A stretch of DNA of 64,000 nt from an uncultured bacterium (GTDB lineage Bacteria; Chloroflexota; Limnocylindria; QHBO01). Both the position numbers and the translations under genes were made by a program. Shown piece by piece: positions 57,927-64,000 of the stretch. The notes below the pieces were generated by a model. It did no database searches. It was not told the DNA's origin and saw only the letters and a list, made by a program, of their open reading frames with translations. Positions within the stretch are counted from its first letter, which is position 1, and each line of letters begins with the position of its first letter. Location of the stretch: assembly GCA_965652075.1 (NCBI GenBank), contig CBFGTN010000002.1:1372-65371 (forward strand). The letters are read 5' to 3'.

Positions 57927-58681
57927 CCGTACGCGGAGGCGGGCATGCCTCGAGGGCGGCGCGGCTCGTTGAAGATGGCGCGGAACGCGAGGCCGGCGGC
58001 CGCCCCTGCCAGGAAGCCCGCGATGTGCGCCGCGTAGGCCACGCCTCCCGCCTCCCCCGAGAGGCCGCCGGCGAGCCCGGCGAGGATCTGGAGGGCGGCC
58101 CACATGCCGATCGCGACGATCGCGGGCACGGGCACGATGGCCCGGAACAGGAAGACGGTGACCCGGTTCGTGGGGAACATGACGAGGTACGCGCCGAGCA
58201 CGCCGGAGATCGCGCCGGAAGCGCCGAGCGTGGGGATCACGGAGGTCGTGTCGACGAGGATCTGCGCCGTGGTCGCGGCAAGGCCGGCCAGGACGTAGAA
58301 GACGAGGAAGATCGCATGACCGACGCGATGCTCGACGTTGTCGCCGAAGACCCACAGGAAGAGCATGTTGCCGGCAAGGTGGAGCCACCCGCCGTGCATG
58401 AACATGCTCGAGAAGAGCGTCAGCCAGATCGGGTTCGGACCGGGCTCCTGCGGGACCTCGACGGGCTGTCCATCGACGACGATCGGCTCGGGATCGGTCA
58501 GGTCCACGCCCTCGACGATCTCGACCGGCACGGCGCTCCAGCCGTACGTGAACTCCTCGCCCTCCCGGCTCGCGCCGGCCCCCTGGAGGATCAGGAACAC
58601 GAGCACGTTGAGGCCGATGATCAGCAGCGTGACGTAGGCGGGCCCGTGCCCGCGCTCGTTCTCGTCGCCGATCGGGAACAT
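57923..58681 (-). CDS. Rhomboid-family intramembrane serine protease
   Basis: HLAGNMLFLWVFG, catalytic GASGAISG, and His in AHIAGF. Start taken at MFPIGDEN (ATG 58681). Confidence 0.88.
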   Translation of the reverse strand: MFPIGDENERGHGPAYVTLLIIGLNVLVFLILQGAGASREGEEFTYGWSAVPVEIVEGVDLTDPEPIVVDGQPVEVPQEPGPNPIWLTLFSSMFMHGGWLHLAGNMLFLWVFGDNVEHRVGHAIFLVFYVLAGLAATTAQILVDTTSVIPTLGASGAISGVLGAYLVMFPTNRVTVFLFRAIVPVPAIVAIGMWAALQILAGLAGGLSGEAGGVAYAAHIAGFLAGAAAGLAFRAIFNEPRRPRGMPASAYG

Positions 58682-58721
58682 CGGCCGAAGGATACGGCAG
58701 GGCTCGCGCCATAATCGCGGC

Positions 58722-59942
58722 ATGGCCATCGACGTTCGTGCCTTCGACGGAGACCCGCGCGCGTTCTACGAGGCTGGCGAGCTCGCGTTCAGCGAGACCC
58801 CGCGAGACGAGGACGTGGCACGCTGGACGACGACGTTCGAGAGCGATCGCGCGGTCGCGGCCTACGACGGCGACCGCATCGTCGGGACCGCGGGCATCTT
58901 CAGCTTCGCGCTCACGATCCCCGGCGGAGTGCTGCCTGCAGCAGGCGTGACGATCGTGGGTGTCCACCCGACGCATCGGCGCCAGGGGATCCTGCGGCGA
59001 ATGATGCGGCTGCAGCTCGACGCGATCCACGAGCGTGGCGAGCCGCTGGCCATCCTGTGGGCGTCGGAGGGCAATATCTACCAGCGCTTCGGCTACGGCC
59101 TCGGCTCGATGCACATGGAGATCAACCTGGAGCGCGCGCGCAGCGGATTCCGCGAGCCGCACGTCCCGGCCGGATCGATCCGGTTCGTCGACGTCGACGA
59201 GGCGAAGCGCCTCTTCGCCCCGATCTACGAGGCGATTCGGCCGCTGCGCCCCGGCTTCTTCGACCGCTCGGCCGCCTACTGGGACGACGACTTCTTCCCG
59301 GACCCCGAGCATTGGCGGCGCGGCGCCAGCCCCGCCTTCCACGTCGTCCACGAGGTCGCCGGCGAACCGGACGGCTATGCGCGCTATCGCGTGCGCGACG
59401 AGTGGGACAGCGGCGGCCCGAAGTCGGCGGTCGTCGTCGTCGAGATCATGGCCGCAACGCCCGCGGCGCACCTGGACATCTGGCGCTTCCTGCTCGACAT
59501 CGACCTGATGGCCCGGACCGAGGCCTGGAACCTCCCCGTCGACGACCCGATCCTCCTGAGCGTCGCCGAGCCGCGCCGCCTGAAGGCCCAGCTCGGCGAT
59601 GCGCTCTGGACCCGGATCGTGGACGTCGCGCCGGCGCTCGCCGGCCGCCGGTACGCGGCCGACGGCCGACTGGTCATCGAGGTCGCCGACGAGTTCTGCG
59701 AGTGGAACGACGGGATCTGGGAGCTGTCCGTCGAGGGGGGCGTGCCGACGGTGCAGCAGGCGGCGGGCGCCGCCGACCTGGCCTGTGACATCACCGACAT
59801 CGGCGCGGCGTACCTCGGTGGCTTCAGCTTCCGGCAGCTGGCGGACGCCGGCCGCGTCCACGAGCGCCAGCCCGGCGCGATTGCGCGCGCCGACGGGCTG
59901 TTCAGGCCCGAGCGTCCGCCCTGGTGTCCCCGGGTCTTCTGA
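58722..59942 (+). CDS. Eis-like GNAT N-acetyltransferase (GNAT plus SCP2-like C-terminal domain)
   Basis: GVHPTHRRQGILRRMM acetyl-CoA motif. 406-aa three-domain length typical of Eis. Confidence 0.8.
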   Translation: MAIDVRAFDGDPRAFYEAGELAFSETPRDEDVARWTTTFESDRAVAAYDGDRIVGTAGIFSFALTIPGGVLPAAGVTIVGVHPTHRRQGILRRMMRLQLDAIHERGEPLAILWASEGNIYQRFGYGLGSMHMEINLERARSGFREPHVPAGSIRFVDVDEAKRLFAPIYEAIRPLRPGFFDRSAAYWDDDFFPDPEHWRRGASPAFHVVHEVAGEPDGYARYRVRDEWDSGGPKSAVVVVEIMAATPAAHLDIWRFLLDIDLMARTEAWNLPVDDPILLSVAEPRRLKAQLGDALWTRIVDVAPALAGRRYAADGRLVIEVADEFCEWNDGIWELSVEGGVPTVQQAAGAADLACDITDIGAAYLGGFSFRQLADAGRVHERQPGAIARADGLFRPERPPWCPRVF

Positions 59943-59951
59943 CCCAGGCGC

Positions 59952-61529
59952 TCACCCCGGCGCGGCGGGCGCCCCGGCAGCGGCCTCCAGCTCCGCTGAC
60001 GACGGGTTGCGGATCCCGACCCCATTGATCGCCGCTCCGGCGAGCAGCAGCGCCGCCGACACGACCATCGCCAGGCGGAACGCATCGGTGCTCGCCTCCT
60101 GCGCGGCCCGCGCAATCTCGTCGCCGACGTCCGCCGGCACGCTCGTGAGCGGCTGCACCTGCTCCCGCAGGGCGGGGTCATCGACGTCGAGGCCCGGCAC
60201 GAGGCTCGCCATCGCCGGGTAGAACGTGGCGGTGATCGCGATGAACAGCAGTGCGCTGACGAGCGGCGAACCGGCCCGGCTGACCGCGTTGTTGATCGCC
60301 GAGCCGAGGCCCGCCCTTCGGACGGGCACCGAGCTCATCAGCGCCGTCGTCAGTGGCGCGACCACGAGCGAGATGCCGAGCCCGAAGACGACGATCGGCA
60401 AGACGACGTCGACGATCGTGGCGAGCGGCGGCACCAGCGACGAGGGATCCCCGGGGCTCGCCGTCCACGCCGGCGAGTTGGGCGGGACGCGCGACAGCCA
60501 CAGCAGGCCCGCCGCCATGACGACCGGACCGACGGTCATGAACGCCCGCGGCCCGATACGGGCCGACAGGCGACCGGCCGGCGTCGACAGGAACGTCAGG
60601 AGCAGGGCGACCGGCAGGCCGACGGCGCCGGCGGCGAGCGGGCTGTAGCCGAGCGTGCCCTGGAAGAAGAGGCCCTCGAAGGCGAACGACACGTACAGGG
60701 CGCCGTAGATGACGAACGTCGAGAGGTTGACGACGGTGAAGTTGCGGGACCCGAACAGTGACGGCGGGATGAGCGGATGCGGCCGGGTCAGCATGAGCAC
60801 CGGGATCGCCAACGTCGCCACGAGGCCGATGATGAGCGCGGCCCACGCCACCGGGTCCTGCCAGTTCTGCTCCTGCCCGCGCGTCGCGCCGAAGGCAAGC
60901 CCTCCGACGCCGACGGCGATGACGGCGGCCCCGAGCCAGTCGAACTCGCCGCGAGCCTCGGTGTCGCGCGTCTCCGGCACCCACCTGGTGGCCCACAGCG
61001 CCACGAGGATCAGCGGGACGTTGATGAGGAAGGCGAAGCGCCACGTCAGCGTCTGCACGAGCACCCCACCGAGCAGCGGCCCGATGATCGAGGTGGCCGA
61101 CGTGCCCGCGGCCCACAGGCCGATCGCCTGCCCGCGCTCCTCACCGTCGAAGGCGGCGGTGATGATCGACAGGCTGCCCGGCACGAGGATCGCCCCGAAG
61201 CCGCCCTGCACGATCCGTGCGGCGATGAGGATCTCCATCGTCGGCGCCAGGCCGCAGGCCACGGATGCCGCGCCGAAGCCGATGAGGCCGATGCGGAACG
61301 TCCGCCGCCTCCCGTAGTAGTCGCTGATTGCCCCCGCCAGCACGAGCAGCGCGGCGAGCACCGCGAAGTACGCGCTGTTGACGTAGGTCAGGCCCTCCAG
61401 GCGTCCGACGAAGGTGGCCGGGAGCTGTCGCCCGATCGTCTCGAGCGCGACGTTCACGATCGTGGCGTCGAGGAACACGATCGCCGAGCCGAGGATGGTG
61501 GCGACGAGGACCGCGGTGCGCTGGCTCAC
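59952..61529 (-). CDS. MFS transporter, DHA2 (14-TM, EmrB/QacA-like)
   Basis: 525 aa, 14 predicted helices, N-terminal LDATIVNVAL motif. Confidence 0.85.
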   Translation of the reverse strand: MSQRTAVLVATILGSAIVFLDATIVNVALETIGRQLPATFVGRLEGLTYVNSAYFAVLAALLVLAGAISDYYGRRRTFRIGLIGFGAASVACGLAPTMEILIAARIVQGGFGAILVPGSLSIITAAFDGEERGQAIGLWAAGTSATSIIGPLLGGVLVQTLTWRFAFLINVPLILVALWATRWVPETRDTEARGEFDWLGAAVIAVGVGGLAFGATRGQEQNWQDPVAWAALIIGLVATLAIPVLMLTRPHPLIPPSLFGSRNFTVVNLSTFVIYGALYVSFAFEGLFFQGTLGYSPLAAGAVGLPVALLLTFLSTPAGRLSARIGPRAFMTVGPVVMAAGLLWLSRVPPNSPAWTASPGDPSSLVPPLATIVDVVLPIVVFGLGISLVVAPLTTALMSSVPVRRAGLGSAINNAVSRAGSPLVSALLFIAITATFYPAMASLVPGLDVDDPALREQVQPLTSVPADVGDEIARAAQEASTDAFRLAMVVSAALLLAGAAINGVGIRNPSSAELEAAAGAPAAPG

Positions 61530-61591
61530 GGTGGGATCCTAGCGGAGGGCGCTCGATTGCCCGACCGGCAGCGCCGGCGTAGCGTTGGCCG

Positions 61592-62584
61592 ATGAGCAGC
61601 GCCGCGCTCGATCGGCTGCTGGCGATCCTGCTCGTCGTGCAGCTGGCGAGCGGCCTTCTCACGCTGCGGTCCGGCGTCCCGGCGACCGTGCCGCTCTTCT
61701 GGTTGCACGGCCTCGTCGGCGGTGCGCTGCTCGTCGCGGCCGTCGTGAAGCTCAGGCGCAGCGTCGGACCCGCGATTCACCGGCGGCGCTGGGCACGGCT
61801 CGCCCTCGGCGCGCTGCTCACGCTGCTCGCCGCGGCGGCGCTCGTCGGCGGATTCGCCTGGGTCGCCAGCGGCCGGATCCTCTCGATCGGGCCGTGGACG
61901 GTCCTCACGCTGCACGTGTGGGCCGCGCTCGCGCTCATCCCGATCGTGCTCGTCCACCTCGCGCCGCGCCGCTTTCGGCTGCTCCGTCCGCCATCGCGCC
62001 GGCCGCGCGTCAGCCGCCGCACGTTCCTGGCCGGCGCCGCGGTCCTGGCGCTCGGCGCGCTCGCATGGGGGACGGCGAACGCGCTGGACGTCGTGATGGG
62101 CGGGACGCGCCGCTTCACCGGGTCGCGCTGGCTGCCGGCGGGCGGTGTCCCACCACCGACGACGTTCTACGGCGAGGCGTCGCCGGCGGTGGACCTCGCG
62201 TCGTGGCGGCTGCGGCTCATCGGCCGCGTCGGGCGACCGATCGAGCTCGACCTCGACGCGCTCGCCGCCCTCGGTGTCGAGGAGCGTGACGCGACCCTCG
62301 ACTGCACCTCCGGCTGGGCGATGACCACGCGCTGGCGCGGCACGCCGCTGCGGGCCGTGCTGGACGCGGCCGATGCCGACGCCGCGGCTCCGTACGTGCG
62401 AGTCCGAGCGGTCACCGGCTGGAGCGTGAGCCTGGAGCGCGAGGATCTCGACGGCGCGCTGCTCGCGACGCACGTCGCCGGCGACCCCCTGCCCCGCGCG
62501 AACGGCGCGCCGGTCCGGCTCGTCGCGCCGAGGCGCCGCGGCCTCGACTGGATCAAGTGGGTCGAGACGATCGAGGTGCTCTGA
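61592..62584 (+). CDS. Molybdopterin-dependent oxidoreductase (sulfite-oxidase fold) fused to an N-terminal polytopic membrane domain
   Basis: C-terminal Oxidored_molyb-like region with LDCTSGW (Mo-ligand Cys context) and NGAPVRLVAP. The N-terminal ~150 aa contain four or five TM helices. Confidence 0.75.
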   Translation: MSSAALDRLLAILLVVQLASGLLTLRSGVPATVPLFWLHGLVGGALLVAAVVKLRRSVGPAIHRRRWARLALGALLTLLAAAALVGGFAWVASGRILSIGPWTVLTLHVWAALALIPIVLVHLAPRRFRLLRPPSRRPRVSRRTFLAGAAVLALGALAWGTANALDVVMGGTRRFTGSRWLPAGGVPPPTTFYGEASPAVDLASWRLRLIGRVGRPIELDLDALAALGVEERDATLDCTSGWAMTTRWRGTPLRAVLDAADADAAAPYVRVRAVTGWSVSLEREDLDGALLATHVAGDPLPRANGAPVRLVAPRRRGLDWIKWVETIEVL

Positions 62585-62587
62585 GCG

Positions 62588-63967
62588 CTAGGCGATCGGC
62601 TCGAAGCGCGCGGTGAAGTGGCGCAGGGCCGACGGCTGCTCGACGATCCGCATCCCGCGCAGGTCGGACGCGCGCTCGGCGACCCAGCGGATGACCTCGA
62701 TCACGTAGTCGATGTGCGACTGGGTGTAGACGCGCCGCGGGATCGCGAGGCGCACGAGCTCCATCGGCGCCGGAGTCTCGGTCCCGTCCGGATGCTGCCC
62801 GAACATGACGGTGCCGATCTCGCAGCCGCGGATCCCGCCCTCGCGGTAGAGGGCGCATGCCAGCGCCTGGCCCGGATACTCGAGCGCCGGAATGTGCGGC
62901 AGGAGCCCGGCGGCGTCGAGGTACACGGCGTGCCCGCCGATCGGCTGGACGCACGGCACTCCCGCCTCCACGAGCGCCTCGCCCAGATAGGCCGTCGAGC
63001 GGACCCGGTAGCGCAGGTAGTCGTCCTGAACGACCTCGTGCAGCCCTGCGGCCATCGCCTCCAGGTCGCGACCGGCGAGGCCGCCGTAGGTCGGGAAGCC
63101 CTCGGTCAGGATGAGCAGGTTGCGACACTGCTCCGCCCAGCGGTCGTCGTTCATCGCCAGCCAGCCGCCGATGTTCGCCAGCGCGTCCTTCTTGCCGGAC
63201 ATCGTCATCCCATCGGCCAGTGACGCCATCTCGCGCACGATGTCGGGAACGGGCACGTCGGCATAGCCCTCCTCGCGCTGCTTGACGAACCACGCGTTCT
63301 CCGCGAAGCGGCATGCGTCGAGGAAGAGCGGGAGCCCGTATCGGTCGCAGACGGCGCGCACCGCGCGCAGGTTGGCCATGCTGACCGGCTGCCCGCCGCC
63401 GGAGTTGTTGGTGACCGTCACGAAGACGACCGGAACGTTCTCGGGCCCGCGCTCCGCGATGAGGGCCTCGAGCGCGTCGGTGTCGAGGTTGCCCTTGAAC
63501 GGATGGATGGCCGACGGCGAGCGGCCCTCGGGGATGACGAGGTCGATCGCCTCGGCCCCGGTGAACTCGACGTTCGCTCGGGTGGTGTCGAAGTGCGTGT
63601 TGGACGGGATGACGGATCCCGGACCGGCGATCACGCTGAACAGGATCTTCTCGGCCGCCCGGCCCTGGTGCGTGGGGATGACGTGGCGGAACGGGAAGAG
63701 CTCGCTGACCGCCTCGAGGAATCGGTACCACGAGGGCGACCCCGCGTACGACTCGTCGCCCCGCTGGACGCCGGCCCACTGCTCGGCGCTCATCGCTCCG
63801 GTCCCCGAATCGGTGAGCAGATCGATGATCACGTCGGCCGCGTGGAGGTTGAAGAGGTTGAAGCCGGCCTGCCGAAGGTACCCCTCGCGCTCCATGACGG
63901 TCGTCATCCGGATCGGCTCGACGCTCTTGATCCGGAAGGGCTCGATGATGGTCCGCCAGCGCTCCAT
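62588..63967 (-). CDS. Beta-eliminating lyase (tryptophanase / tyrosine phenol-lyase family)
   Basis: MERWRTIIEPFRIKSVE N-terminus and PLP-Lys motif MSGKKDALANIGG. TnaA and TPL cannot be separated by eye. Confidence 0.88.
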   Translation of the reverse strand: MERWRTIIEPFRIKSVEPIRMTTVMEREGYLRQAGFNLFNLHAADVIIDLLTDSGTGAMSAEQWAGVQRGDESYAGSPSWYRFLEAVSELFPFRHVIPTHQGRAAEKILFSVIAGPGSVIPSNTHFDTTRANVEFTGAEAIDLVIPEGRSPSAIHPFKGNLDTDALEALIAERGPENVPVVFVTVTNNSGGGQPVSMANLRAVRAVCDRYGLPLFLDACRFAENAWFVKQREEGYADVPVPDIVREMASLADGMTMSGKKDALANIGGWLAMNDDRWAEQCRNLLILTEGFPTYGGLAGRDLEAMAAGLHEVVQDDYLRYRVRSTAYLGEALVEAGVPCVQPIGGHAVYLDAAGLLPHIPALEYPGQALACALYREGGIRGCEIGTVMFGQHPDGTETPAPMELVRLAIPRRVYTQSHIDYVIEVIRWVAERASDLRGMRIVEQPSALRHFTARFEPIA

Positions 63968-64000
63968 GAACCGATGGTACCGGCGCGCTCGCGATGGGAG

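Noticed and set aside
57096-59861. 921-aa minus-strand ORF.
   Set aside because: Only the C-terminal 276 codons (MpaB-like, 57096-57926) are credible. The upstream part overlaps the rhomboid gene in another frame and is antisense to the Eis-like gene.

Overview
Very GC-rich chromosomal segment (about 70% or more by eye, not computed) with about 65 densely packed, mostly recognisable genes. Many junctions are 4-5 nt start/stop overlaps (ATGA, GTGA, TGATG). All calls come from reading the supplied translations and the DNA by eye. No homology search was run, and start codons were chosen by eye from RBS and context.

The gene content suggests an actinobacterium-like organism, possibly deep-branching: MMPL transporter, GlgA/GlgM-type GT4, LLM paralogues, Eis-like GNAT, and a Bacillus-like ctaAB / ctaCDEF / ctaG layout. 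This taxonomy is inference only.

Themes:
1. Copper and aerobic respiration:
- a NarL-type two-component pair next to a cupredoxin-fused multicopper oxidase
- a colinear cluster of copA, a YHS gene, two ABC ATPase/permease pairs and an esterase
- a complete aa3-type oxidase operon whose subunit II carries an extra amicyanin-like blue-copper domain
- ctaG and a fused ctaA-ctaB gene
2. Storage-glucan and trehalose enzymes: GDE-type debranching enzyme, GT4 GlgA/GlgM-like, GH15.
3. Several exporters: ABC-2, MMPL with TetR, and two MFS transporters.
4. A tightly coupled four-gene operon (methyltransferase, geranylgeranyl-reductase-like flavoprotein, SRPBCC, KAS-II-like ketosynthase).
5. Housekeeping genes: trxB, ispG, tRNA-Gly(UCC).

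I found no transposase, integrase, phage gene, CRISPR array, rRNA or recognisable defence system. The window reads as core genome, not an accessory island.

Most novel-looking items:
- the cupredoxin-wired CoxII
- the three-cupredoxin membrane MCO with a coupled unknown partner
- the ketosynthase operon
- a LuxR-HTH::VOC one-component regulator beside an ABC-2 exporter
- a tail-anchored protein built from eight 16-residue repeats

The many long Arg/Gly/Pro-rich ORFs in the six-frame track are antisense or off-frame shadows typical of high-GC DNA and were not called.
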